DNA from: Candidatus Heimdallarchaeota archaeon
GTDB taxonomy: Archaea; Asgardarchaeota; Heimdallarchaeia; Heimdallarchaeales; Heimdallarchaeaceae
Direction of reading: 5' to 3'
Length of the DNA: 64,000 nucleotides
Assembly: GCA_021399345.1 (NCBI GenBank)
Contig: JAAFKI010000045.1
Span: 191,965-255,964, forward strand
The notes under the pieces were generated by a model that did not search any database, was not told the origin of the DNA, and was given only the letters and a program-made list of their open reading frames with translations. A program made the translations under genes and the position numbers. This document shows positions 27,117-37,045 of the stretch, piece after piece. How positions within the stretch are numbered: position 1 is the first letter of the stretch; each line of letters begins with the position of its first letter.

Positions 27117-28043
27117 TTAAGATAATTCTTTCTGTAAATCCAAGAATTCTTGTGGAACAATAGTTTTCATTGGTTTAGGAGCCACTTCAAATGAAATATC
27201 AGTCGCAGCAAAATTGACGATTTCACCTTCAACTTCCACTGGTAAGCCTTTTTCCAATTTTAAACTAATTTTCTTAGCTCTAATGTACTCAACACCTTTT
27301 GTACCTATGTGTTTTCCTGATTTTAAAATATTCAATAAGTAAAATTGTCTCGTTTTTTTGAGGTTAAATGCATAACATACTGCAAAGTCCTTAAAGAAGT
27401 GATAATTACCTGGAAGAATCTGAAATCCACTACCAAAACGACTACCTACACCAGCAGCAATTATAACTAGTTTTCCTTCCAATTCATCTTGATCATCAAT
27501 TTTTATCACACAATTAACTAAACGATATTGTAGTAATTTTTTTACTGCAAGATAATAATATTTCACAAAACCCCTTAACCATTTGGCTTCTGTAAAAGAT
27601 GCAACTGAAACAGTTGCTCCAACACCAGTATCAACAATATTAACAAAATATCTTTGATCTTCATCGGCTTTTGCTATACCAACAGTTAAATCACAGGTTG
27701 AACCTTTTTCAAGGATATCCAGACTCTTGTGATAATTATCATCAAATTTGATACCCCTTGCAAAATCGTTACCATTTCCGAGGGGGAGCAATGCAAACGT
27801 AGCATTTAAACCATATAATCCATTTGCTACTTCATTTACAGTACCATCGCCACCAGTAGCCACAACAACGTCAAATTCTTCACCTCTTGATTTGGCGATT
27901 TCGATGGCATGATTAGGTTCTTTTGTCATTTCAACAGTATAATTCAAGCCACGTTTAACTATTTCTTCTTCAACTTCTGGCCACATCTCCCCTATATCGC
28001 CATTTCTAGCCTTAGGATTTACAATAAAAAGATATGAGGTCAT
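27117..28043 (-). CDS. Diacylglycerol/sphingosine kinase family lipid kinase (DagK/YegS-like)
   Basis: IVNP, GGDGTVNEV, PLGNGNDFAR, EVEGE. Confidence 0.9.
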   Translation of the reverse strand: MTSYLFIVNPKARNGDIGEMWPEVEEEIVKRGLNYTVEMTKEPNHAIEIAKSRGEEFDVVVATGGDGTVNEVANGLYGLNATFALLPLGNGNDFARGIKFDDNYHKSLDILEKGSTCDLTVGIAKADEDQRYFVNIVDTGVGATVSVASFTEAKWLRGFVKYYYLAVKKLLQYRLVNCVIKIDDQDELEGKLVIIAAGVGSRFGSGFQILPGNYHFFKDFAVCYAFNLKKTRQFYLLNILKSGKHIGTKGVEYIRAKKISLKLEKGLPVEVEGEIVNFAATDISFEVAPKPMKTIVPQEFLDLQKELS

Positions 28044-28093
28044 AATATTTTAGATTTTTTGCATGTATTTAAACTTTCAGCCAAAAGGAAAAA

Positions 28094-28184
28094 TGGAGCC
28101 CTGAGGGGGATTTGAACCCCCGTTCTGCGACTTTCTCGACTTTGTTACGAGATCGCCGCTCTAGCCAGGCTGAGCTATCGGGGC
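28094..28184 (-). tRNA. tRNA-Thr(CGT) with 13-nt intron at 37/38 (28133-28145), CCA encoded
   Basis: GCGAT-CTCGTA[ACAAAGTCGAGAA]A-GTCGC; CTCG/CGAG helix at the splice junction; U73 discriminator. Confidence 0.9.
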
Positions 28185-28302
28185 TTGTTGTTGCATTTTA
28201 TAACTTTTCAATTTATTTTTTTTTCTGTATTCTTTAGCGACCAAAGTCATATTGAGGACAATAAAGATATTACTAAAAGAAAATCAACAGGTGTTTTTAG
28301 AA

Positions 28303-29547
28303 TTAATCAAGTGGGAAAGCTGCATATCCTCTAAATTCAATCCAATCTCTTAGTTGATTCTCAATTATTTCTTGTACAGTATCCTGGTCAAGATTTGTTG
28401 CCATTTCTTCATCTTGCGTCAGTACTGCCATTATATAGATATCCCCACTGAAATGCAAGTCTCTTAAAATAAATATCTCATTGGTATCATCTTCAAGAGT
28501 ATACCTACGTATTCGTAAAAATGGTTCGCGAATATTCACTATCGTTTCAATGGCCTCATAATATGCATTGTGTGCAATATCTACATACTGATCACCTGTT
28601 GTGTATTGAGCAAAACAGACATTACTTCTTGAATCATAAAGACCAAAGAAATCAGCATTTAGCTGCTCTGCAACTTTTTGAGATGCTTCTTGAGTACCTT
28701 GTTCAATTAAGGAAATTCCCCTAAATATGTGAGAAAAGGCCCCAAGAATTGACGAACGTATCTTTACACTTGTTCTGAAAAAGTCTTTTGCAGGATTGAA
28801 AAAAGAACAGTTTTTTGACATATACTCAATTATTGAACCAAAAATTTCAGTGCTTTTCTCGTCTATTTCATAATCAGGATCAGATTTATGGAAAAATATT
28901 TTCCAAGGAACTTTAAGTTTTAGAGCATTTGCTACATTAGTTATTTGCTTCAGATACTCAAAACTCTCTTCAAACCTATCTTTAGCTTGCACATCAATAA
29001 CGAATATAATAACATCAGTTCCAATGAAATATTGTTGAGGATTGTTCAAATAGTCTTCACGGTATATACTTTGTCCACCTAATTCATGCATGTGAATATC
29101 CATTCCAAAAACCTCGATTTTGCTTCTTAATAATCCTCTTGTAGGAGTAAGAGCATATAATTTTTGGAATAACAATGACAAGGCTCCTCTGTGCTTTAAT
29201 GCAATTGAAAGAGAAGTTTTTCCTGCATTATCGATCCCTACCATGATTATCTTTGCACCTGAAGTAACTTTTTCAGTTTCTTCTAAAGATACTAAACGAC
29301 TCGCCGCTATCCAGCTATTTACTCTTTCTTTTGGAATCTTTTTAACCATTTTATCATATTGTTCATTCCATTTGTTTGCAAGATCTTCAATGGTTTCTAA
29401 TCCTAATTCTTTAAGAAACTTTGATTCATCTTCAGAAATATCTAATAGAGCTTGAACTGGAAAATTTTTGATATTCTTTTGCTTTTGGTACTCTTCTTTT
29501 AGAAGCTTCTCTTTTAATTCAACCATGGTTTTCTTCTCCGGAGACAT
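28303..29547 (-). CDS. Rag/Arf-like small GTPase with N-terminal HhH-like domain and C-terminal roadblock/longin-like region
   Basis: G1 GIDNAGKT, G2 TPT, G3 ELGGQ, G4 HKSD, G5 TSV. Confidence 0.85.
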   Translation of the reverse strand: MSPEKKTMVELKEKLLKEEYQKQKNIKNFPVQALLDISEDESKFLKELGLETIEDLANKWNEQYDKMVKKIPKERVNSWIAASRLVSLEETEKVTSGAKIIMVGIDNAGKTSLSIALKHRGALSLLFQKLYALTPTRGLLRSKIEVFGMDIHMHELGGQSIYREDYLNNPQQYFIGTDVIIFVIDVQAKDRFEESFEYLKQITNVANALKLKVPWKIFFHKSDPDYEIDEKSTEIFGSIIEYMSKNCSFFNPAKDFFRTSVKIRSSILGAFSHIFRGISLIEQGTQEASQKVAEQLNADFFGLYDSRSNVCFAQYTTGDQYVDIAHNAYYEAIETIVNIREPFLRIRRYTLEDDTNEIFILRDLHFSGDIYIMAVLTQDEEMATNLDQDTVQEIIENQLRDWIEFRGYAAFPLD

Positions 29548-29704
29548 CTCACGATTTTAAACTGAGCTACGTTAACATAGTTGTATCTCATTCAAATAAG
29601 TATTTTGCTAATGTTGCATCAACAGTATTTTATTCTTCTTTGCAGAAATAAAGTTTAAAAAGGCAAAAGCTAGCGCTTAATAAACCCTTATGGAGTAGAC
29701 TCAA

Positions 29705-31741
29705 GTGCGAACACATAATCTTAGAAAACTAATGGTCGTATCTATATATATTCTCAGCTTAGTTACAGCAAGTTTTGTAGGTATATCATTCACTACTGCA
29801 ACTATTGATGAAAACAGAAATCCAACATATTCTCCTCTAGTCGACATATTGCTATATAATAACACTCCACCCATTATTGATGGAGATTTAGAAAGCTATG
29901 CCGGAGAGTGGGAAAACGCCACAATACAAGAAAATAGTTTTGGAGTTGGACCAAGTAGAATAACTATAACAATTCGTGTTCAAACAAATGTAACTCACTT
30001 ATTCATGGGTATTAGTTATGTTAGTAGCATCTTTGTTCCAATAAATGCAACAATTCCAGTTGGTGATTCCTACAATAATGAATCCCATACTTGGTATGCT
30101 ATTATATTTGATAACAACTTTGATGAAAGAATTGGATATAGTAATGATGCCGCAGACGATGTTGCTTTAATCAATTATAGACAAGAGGGAGCACAAGATG
30201 CGTACATAAATGGTACAGCAACAAATTCATTGGTATTGGATTTAAATATGACAGGACAAGAAAATACTGTTTCTGCATTAACTACTGAACTGGATGATTT
30301 TAACGACTATATTGTTTCATATGAAGTTGTTAAAGAACTTGATTCACAAGATACTATTGGAAAAGACATCTCAGTAAAGGAAGGGGAACCCCTACGATAC
30401 ATGTTTATCATACATCAAAACGACACAGCATTATACAATCATACCATTATAAATAATAAAATTACAGCATGGAATACAATCAGGCTAGAAACTGTCCATG
30501 ACTATTTTTCATACGTAGATGATCCTTCAGAAATTAACATTCTAGTATATATTTCAGATTCTTCTAGCACAGTAGAAAGAAATCTCACTAATATAGCAAC
30601 ACTAATTCGAGCTTATGGTTTTAATGAATCAGTAAAGAAGGCTTCAGAAGGTTTTGTAATTACTTATGACAGAATGAAAGATATGGATTTGGTCATTCTA
30701 GTTGGTTCTCATATTGATTTAACAAAGGATGAAATTGATGATACGAGATATTATGTAGCTTCAGGAGGAAGTTTGTATATTCTTGGAGATACAACTAATC
30801 ATGATAGTAAAATAAATGATCTACTAAGTAACTTCGGTTTCCAAACATACAATGACACACTTTATTCAAAAGACATTGGTATCAATTCAACAATTGAAAT
30901 CGATGTGAACGCCATAATCAATCTTCCTTACTTTACTGAAACAAATATACTAACAAATCAATCAATTAATACAATAGAATATCAAGGATCAGCCATTATA
31001 TTTGATGATGATAATGGAACTCTTATCTTGGGTGAGGGATACTATCAATTCCAGGAAGGAGACCTTTATGCTTCAATAAACAAATCTGGTGAGTTTTATA
31101 TTGATCAAGTGAAAGATGGTGTTTTCAACAGTTCAGAGGATATTTCTTTGAATAGCTCTGCATCAATTCAGGCAGCTTTAGAATTGCAAAGAGGTGGAAA
31201 GCTTTTAGCATTTGCTTCAGCTGATATTTTCAATTCAACTAATATTCTTAAAGCTGATAACAAATATCTATTCCTAAGACAAATTCAATGGTTACTTAAT
31301 CTACAACATCAAATCTCATATGACAACTTCGTTGTAGATGATTTGACTATATTCGAAGGGGATAACATTACTGCAAGTATCACTGTTAGAGGAGACGAAA
31401 ACAGTACAATAGCAGATGTTCAAGTTTGGATTGTTGTGCTAGAATTGAAAGTAGATACTAACAAATCACTTCTAATCAATTCTGGTGATGGTATAAACTT
31501 CAATGGAAGAATTGTTCCAGATTCAAGTATTAAAACTCAGTTTATCGATGTTTCAATTCGTATGCATAAGAGAGGGTATGGTTACAATGAAACCAATCTA
31601 GTTGAAGTTTTCATGGAGCCAGTTCTCAATACAAGCATCAGGATTGATATCATAGCTCTGATCATATTTATCACATCTATTGGTCTCGCTGTTATCGGTG
31701 GTTTGGCTATAAAAAGATTTAAAATTATTAAAGAAGAGTAA
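29705..31741 (+). CDS. Secreted, C-terminally anchored protein with DOMON/CBM9-like and GIFT (GldG/IFT52/OST48-like) domains
   Basis: Signal peptide; PIIDG...EW; DLVIL...EIDDTRYYVASGGSLYILGD...NDLLSNFG; C-terminal TM. Confidence 0.6.
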   Translation: MRTHNLRKLMVVSIYILSLVTASFVGISFTTATIDENRNPTYSPLVDILLYNNTPPIIDGDLESYAGEWENATIQENSFGVGPSRITITIRVQTNVTHLFMGISYVSSIFVPINATIPVGDSYNNESHTWYAIIFDNNFDERIGYSNDAADDVALINYRQEGAQDAYINGTATNSLVLDLNMTGQENTVSALTTELDDFNDYIVSYEVVKELDSQDTIGKDISVKEGEPLRYMFIIHQNDTALYNHTIINNKITAWNTIRLETVHDYFSYVDDPSEINILVYISDSSSTVERNLTNIATLIRAYGFNESVKKASEGFVITYDRMKDMDLVILVGSHIDLTKDEIDDTRYYVASGGSLYILGDTTNHDSKINDLLSNFGFQTYNDTLYSKDIGINSTIEIDVNAIINLPYFTETNILTNQSINTIEYQGSAIIFDDDNGTLILGEGYYQFQEGDLYASINKSGEFYIDQVKDGVFNSSEDISLNSSASIQAALELQRGGKLLAFASADIFNSTNILKADNKYLFLRQIQWLLNLQHQISYDNFVVDDLTIFEGDNITASITVRGDENSTIADVQVWIVVLELKVDTNKSLLINSGDGINFNGRIVPDSSIKTQFIDVSIRMHKRGYGYNETNLVEVFMEPVLNTSIRIDIIALIIFITSIGLAVIGGLAIKRFKIIKEE

Positions 31742-31824
31742 TCGCTTCTTCTCTTTTTATTTTATATTCCTTGAAAAAATCTTATTACTGTGTTCATTAA
31801 TATTTATCTGAAGTTGATAATTTT

Positions 31825-32547
31825 ATGATAACTCTGGCGATATTTTCAGATGTACATTCTAACTTAGAAGCTCTAAATATTGTTACAGACCATATTAAAG
31901 ACTCATCTCCAGATATTATTATCTACCTTGGAGACACTGTTGGTTATGGTCCCAATCCAAAGGAATGTATAGAAATTGTGGAAAACCTGGCTCAGATCCA
32001 TGTTGTTGGAAATCACGATTACGCCATCTGGAAAGATAATTTCAAATATTTCAACCCATTACCAAAAAAATCGCTTTTGTGGACTAAAAATCTACTTTCT
32101 GATAGGGAAAAACAACTCCTAGGGTCTCACCCATTCTTTTCTATTTTTCCATTTTTTATCACTGAAGGAAATGCAATGTTTGTACATGGGTCTCCAAGAA
32201 GACCTTTACGAGACTATGTTTCTCCAGATTTACCAGCATGGTCATATAACATGTTTTTTGAGATTACGAGGGAGTTTACTGAAATAGATTTTCTATTTTT
32301 AGGTCATACTCACAAACCTTTACATATTGTCAATGAAGGAAAACATCTCTTGAATCCAGGATCAGTGGGACAACCAAGAGACAATGATCCAAGAGCATCA
32401 TATTTGACATTTAAAATTGATGAAGAAACTAAGGGGTTCGAATATGAACACATAAGACTTGAATATGATGTTGAACTTACTTGTAACAAGATGGAAGAGC
32501 TAGGGTTTCATCACTTTCTAATAAACCGTCTTAAAAAAGGGATATAA
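31825..32547 (+). CDS. Metallophosphoesterase (YfcE/MJ0912-like)
   Basis: SDVHSN, LGDTVGYGP, GNHD, HGSP, GHTH, NPGSVGQPRD. Confidence 0.9.
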   Translation: MITLAIFSDVHSNLEALNIVTDHIKDSSPDIIIYLGDTVGYGPNPKECIEIVENLAQIHVVGNHDYAIWKDNFKYFNPLPKKSLLWTKNLLSDREKQLLGSHPFFSIFPFFITEGNAMFVHGSPRRPLRDYVSPDLPAWSYNMFFEITREFTEIDFLFLGHTHKPLHIVNEGKHLLNPGSVGQPRDNDPRASYLTFKIDEETKGFEYEHIRLEYDVELTCNKMEELGFHHFLINRLKKGI

Positions 32548-32549
32548 TT

Positions 32550-33704
32550 TCATTCAGAATTTTCTAAAGATAATTCTTTTTCCTCACCAATTACTTCTGT
32601 CTTTTTCTCTTTTAGGAAAATGGAAGATAAAGCAGCAATTGAAAGTGTGAGACCTGTGCCAATTGAAGTTTGAAAGATTATTGTTGCACCTGCAACTATT
32701 GGGGATATACTTAATCCTTTAAAGAGAGTTTGAGTAGTTATGGTCCCTGTTCCTAAACCTGCAGGTACGAAAGTTAAAAGTCCAACAAGCAAGGTAATTG
32801 ATGTAACTGAAGCTGCATTTACTAATGAAATATTTCCTCCAAATGCCATTAGTGTGAATTTTAGCGAATAGAATTCTAATATCCAACGAAATACAGTAGT
32901 AACAACAACCATAGTTGCAATCATTTTTTTTGTGTAAAGGAGTTTAAGTGAGTTATAATAATCATCTAAAGCAGTAACAACTTTATTTTCCAACCAAGTT
33001 TTACCTTTTGTTGAAATTTTTCCTGTAATTTTAACTATTATTCTTAGAACTAATCTTCCAACTGGAGGAAAGAAAAGTATGAATGTTAGAATCACTGTAC
33101 CAACAATTGCAATATAAAAGACAATCTGGATTGCTAATTGGATATTGCCAGTTAATCCAGATGACAAGAATTCCCAGATAGAAATTTTCTGTTTTATGTA
33201 GTAAAATGATGATTGCACCTGAAGAAGTGCACTCTTTTGTTCAATATAATTGATAATCTCAGGAACAGTTACTCCAAGCGCGATAATGAAGAAGACAAGT
33301 ACTACAAACATGTCTACTATTCTAAAAAAAGCAAGCGCTGCAAGAGAAGAGGAGCGAGGAACATCTAATGAACGTTTGTTTATCTCAACACTAGCAATTT
33401 CTCCTGTTTTAAAAGGTCCAAGAACACTAAAACCGTACCCAACGAAATATGGAATGAGAAACTTAACGAATTTAAGATCAGGAGATGAAGGTTTGATTAG
33501 GATATAGAAGCGATATGCTTTAACTATTGCACTGATAATCATAAAGAGCAGAGCAAGTATAAGGAGATAAAAAACAGCAGTTTTGTAAAGACTAAATGAA
33601 CCTTTAATATCTAAAGTAAGAAAAAAATACAACAAGGTTCCTGCCATTATTGCAATTACTAAAAAACGAAAAATATACTTACGTATTGATACTTTCAACC
33701 TCAT
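32550..33704 (-). CDS. Flippase-like (UPF0104/LPG-synthase TM) membrane protein
   Basis: Polytopic; GPFKTGE, FRIVD, VPAGLG motifs. Confidence 0.8.
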   Translation of the reverse strand: MRLKVSIRKYIFRFLVIAIMAGTLLYFFLTLDIKGSFSLYKTAVFYLLILALLFMIISAIVKAYRFYILIKPSSPDLKFVKFLIPYFVGYGFSVLGPFKTGEIASVEINKRSLDVPRSSSLAALAFFRIVDMFVVLVFFIIALGVTVPEIINYIEQKSALLQVQSSFYYIKQKISIWEFLSSGLTGNIQLAIQIVFYIAIVGTVILTFILFFPPVGRLVLRIIVKITGKISTKGKTWLENKVVTALDDYYNSLKLLYTKKMIATMVVVTTVFRWILEFYSLKFTLMAFGGNISLVNAASVTSITLLVGLLTFVPAGLGTGTITTQTLFKGLSISPIVAGATIIFQTSIGTGLTLSIAALSSIFLKEKKTEVIGEEKELSLENSE

Positions 33705-33788
33705 TAGTGAATCCCTACAAATAACACAAAATAGAAATAAAGTCTAGAATTCATTTCAGAAGAGAAAGAAAATAGAACAGAGAAGGTT

Positions 33789-33953
33789 TTATACAGCCTC
33801 TGCGCCGCCTTCATCTGACCATTCGTATGTGCATTCTTTGCAGACATTTTTCTTTTTATAGACTGGTTGATGATTAAAATACGCAATTGCTTTAGACTTA
33901 TCCTCTACTTGTTTTAGATTCCTACTGTGACACTTGGGGCACTCTTTAGCCAT
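33789..33953 (-). CDS. Small zinc-ribbon protein, 54 aa, absent from the ORF track (MAKECPKCHSRNLKQVEDKSKAIAYFNHQPVYKKKNVCKECTYEWSDEGGAEAV)
   Basis: ATG preceded by an AAGGTGA SD; CPKC...CKEC-TYEW. Confidence 0.8.
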   Translation of the reverse strand: MAKECPKCHSRNLKQVEDKSKAIAYFNHQPVYKKKNVCKECTYEWSDEGGAEAV

Positions 33954-34236
33954 TTCTTTTTTTCACCTTTAGAATATTGTTTCTTGTGATTTCATTAAGT
34001 GGTTTACATTTAAAAAATTTGTGTAAGAATCAATATAAAACGAGATAAAAAGTCACTTTTTCAAATAAAAATGAAGAAAAAGCAGACACGCAGGTCCTTA
34101 TCATCATCTAGAAATAAATAATGCAAAAAATTTAGCAATATCCGTAAAATTATGCATCTTAATTCACCATATTAGTAATAGATTTAATGAAATACGATAT
34201 AAAAATTGTTAAGAATAGTCATTTTAATTTTAAAAT

Positions 34237-35859
34237 ATGGGAACACTAGGTGACCTATATGAGAAATTTACTAGGAATGCATCTGATTTACCAGACATCA
34301 ATTATTTCTATGGAAATGTACCTAAAACGATAGATGATGCAATCAGCTTAGCTAAAGAATCATCTGAAATTAAAATCGATTCCAACAAAATAGTTGAATT
34401 AAAACGTATTCTTAAGAATTATCACAAAGATTTAGGTTTACTAACTGAGAAAGTTAGTCGCAATATAGATTTGATTCATCAAGGAATAGTTTTAGGAGGA
34501 CAACAAGCTACAATTTTTGGAGGTTCAGGAATTATTGGAAATAAAATTGCTACAGTCACTGCAATTTCAGACATTAGCAAAGAAAAAGGTCATTATCTAG
34601 TTCCTATGTTTCTGGTTAATACTCATGATAGCATTCAGCCAGAGATTTCAACTATTCATCTTCCCAATAATCAATCATCGATAAGTAAATCAATTTTCTT
34701 ACCTGATGCAATAGATGGACTAGTTTCAAGCCAAATCTTAGCTAACCAGTATGAATGGATGGAAGAGAGTCTTTCAATAATAAAGAACATATTCAATGAA
34801 TTTAGAACATCAATAGAAAAAGACTTTCATAAAATATTCACAGAGAAAGTAGACCATATTCTCACATTTATTAGAGAGACGTATAGGACTTCGAAAGACA
34901 TAGGTGAGTGGATCACTCTATTATGGGGAATCCAAGCTAATATAATAAATGATTGGGGTGTCATTTTCTTCCCTTCCTCTCATCCTGAAATCAGGAAGTT
35001 AACAACAGATGGTTACAAACCTTTTCTTGAAAAAAGAGTGGAATATATTAAGGCATTCAATGAAGCATCAGAGAAAATAGAGGAATTAGGATATCAAACT
35101 ACTACAGCAAAAAAAGCAGAAACCTTTTCTCCTTTCTTCTATGAATGTCCAAATGATGGCTACAGACTTAATCTTCTATGTAAAGAAGAAAATGGTGTGT
35201 TATCATTCAGCGGGGAATGTCCTCTAGATGAGGAAAAATATTCATTTGATATTGATAAGAATAATATTGATCTTTCTTCTCTTTCTTTAAATCTAGTTCC
35301 TAGATTAGATACTAATCAAGCTCTCCTTCAAGCTATAATGCCTGTGTATGTCAGAGTTTCGGGACCAGGAGAAATCAACTATAATGCTCAAGTAATTCCA
35401 GCAATAAGAAAGATTGGTCTGAAATTCCCAATTTTTGTAAAATATACAAGAATATTATATAATACTCCTTGGATTGAAAATCTAATTCATGAAATAGAAG
35501 ATGAATCAATTTCTCTATTTTCAGGAGATTTTTTTAAAACACTTGGAAGTTTATCTAAAGCAAGAAGAAAGGGAGAAAGAGAACAGCTGTCTTTGGAATC
35601 AGAACACTTAGCTGATATTATAAAAACAAAGATGTCAGAAGTAATTAAACACTCAGATAGACCAAATAGTATAATTGAAAGATACAAATCCTGGCAATTT
35701 GGCATGTATGATGAATTTCATAAGTGGCAAGAAGTAAGTTGGCCTTGGTTCATCATGGCAAGTGTAACTGGGTTAGGAGATTACCTAGCATCATATAGAC
35801 GTTATTATAGCAAAGATTCGCCTATAGGAGGAATAGGTTATATTAATGCTAGATTATAG
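34237..35859 (+). CDS. bshC: Bacillithiol biosynthesis cysteine-adding enzyme BshC-like
   Basis: GGQQATIFGG, K, THD, P...VSGPGEINY motifs; overlaps convergent bshA. Confidence 0.75.
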   Translation: MGTLGDLYEKFTRNASDLPDINYFYGNVPKTIDDAISLAKESSEIKIDSNKIVELKRILKNYHKDLGLLTEKVSRNIDLIHQGIVLGGQQATIFGGSGIIGNKIATVTAISDISKEKGHYLVPMFLVNTHDSIQPEISTIHLPNNQSSISKSIFLPDAIDGLVSSQILANQYEWMEESLSIIKNIFNEFRTSIEKDFHKIFTEKVDHILTFIRETYRTSKDIGEWITLLWGIQANIINDWGVIFFPSSHPEIRKLTTDGYKPFLEKRVEYIKAFNEASEKIEELGYQTTTAKKAETFSPFFYECPNDGYRLNLLCKEENGVLSFSGECPLDEEKYSFDIDKNNIDLSSLSLNLVPRLDTNQALLQAIMPVYVRVSGPGEINYNAQVIPAIRKIGLKFPIFVKYTRILYNTPWIENLIHEIEDESISLFSGDFFKTLGSLSKARRKGEREQLSLESEHLADIIKTKMSEVIKHSDRPNSIIERYKSWQFGMYDEFHKWQEVSWPWFIMASVTGLGDYLASYRRYYSKDSPIGGIGYINARL

Positions 35860-36975
35860 ATTTTCCAGAACTTTGTTATACCACTTAATGTATTTATCTG
35901 CAATTTTTCCAGCTTCAAATTTATCAATGACCTTTTGTCTCCCTTTTGCACCCATCTGCCTTACACGTTGAGGATCATCTAATAATTCAAGCATATAATT
36001 CACCAATGATTCACTGTTTCCAAGCTCATAGACATAACCATTTACTTCGTGGTCAATTACTTCTGGAATCCCTCCAACTTTAGGTGCTATTACTGGAATT
36101 TCACAGGACATAGATTCAGCAATAGTTAACCCGAAGCTTTCGTTTGTACTTGCTGATAATAGAGCTGAAGCGCAGTTATAAATTGGAGCGATTGAAACTC
36201 TAACTCCTTGAAAGGTAACATTATCCCTTATTCCCAACTTACTAGCTATCTCCTCACATTTCTTTCTTTCAGGTCCTTCTCCCACCATTATTAATCCTGT
36301 GTCTGGATGTTCTTTGACAACTTTAGCGAATGCCTCTACAATAAATGGGGCATTTTTAACAGGTCTGAAATTTGAAACGTGTACAAAGTTTTTCTCATGT
36401 TGAATTCTAAAATCACATAGTTTAGTGTCTATTCTCTTATATTTTTCAATGTCAATGGGATTATATAAAACTTCAATTTCTTTATTGTGAGAAAATTTTT
36501 CTTCCATTTCGCTTTTCATATATTCTGAAACAGTTGATAAACCATCAATATTATCAAAAACATGGGAAATAACCGGATTATATGCAGGATCGACTCCCAA
36601 AGTATGAATATCAGAACCATGAGCTGTAATTGCGACAGGAACACCAGAAATCTGTTTTGCTAAATATGCTGAAACTCCTGCAGGAATAGCATAATGAATG
36701 TGCAGCAAATCCAGATCAGATTTTTCTGCTATACGAGCAAGTTTTGATCCAGCTAATATTGTATATGGCGCTCCTATATCTTTGAATAGGGGATATGATA
36801 TAATATCTACAAGGTCAAGTGTTATATTGGGATGTCTAGAAGTTCTTAGCAAGAAAGGTGTATCATAACTTATCAAATGTATATCATGGCCTTTTTTAGC
36901 TAACTCAATTGCTAATTGTGTAGCAACAATACCAGATCCACCTACAGTTGGGAAACAGTTAATTCCTATTTTCAT
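35854..36975 (-). CDS. bshA: N-acetyl-alpha-D-glucosaminyl L-malate synthase (GT4)
   Basis: MKIGINCFPTVGGSGIVAT, YPLF, HIHYAIP, HGSD, HVSNFRPVK, ESFGL. Confidence 0.9.
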   Translation of the reverse strand: MKIGINCFPTVGGSGIVATQLAIELAKKGHDIHLISYDTPFLLRTSRHPNITLDLVDIISYPLFKDIGAPYTILAGSKLARIAEKSDLDLLHIHYAIPAGVSAYLAKQISGVPVAITAHGSDIHTLGVDPAYNPVISHVFDNIDGLSTVSEYMKSEMEEKFSHNKEIEVLYNPIDIEKYKRIDTKLCDFRIQHEKNFVHVSNFRPVKNAPFIVEAFAKVVKEHPDTGLIMVGEGPERKKCEEIASKLGIRDNVTFQGVRVSIAPIYNCASALLSASTNESFGLTIAESMSCEIPVIAPKVGGIPEVIDHEVNGYVYELGNSESLVNYMLELLDDPQRVRQMGAKGRQKVIDKFEAGKIADKYIKWYNKVLENL

Positions 36976-37045
36976 AACACTTTTCAATAAAATCACTTAT
37001 TAAAAAAAATATTGTAACTGAACACTTTCTACCAGACTAAAATAA

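Noticed and set aside
33704-33886. 60-aa ORF from the track
   Set aside because: It is an off-frame overlap of the better-supported zinc-ribbon ORF at 33789-33953
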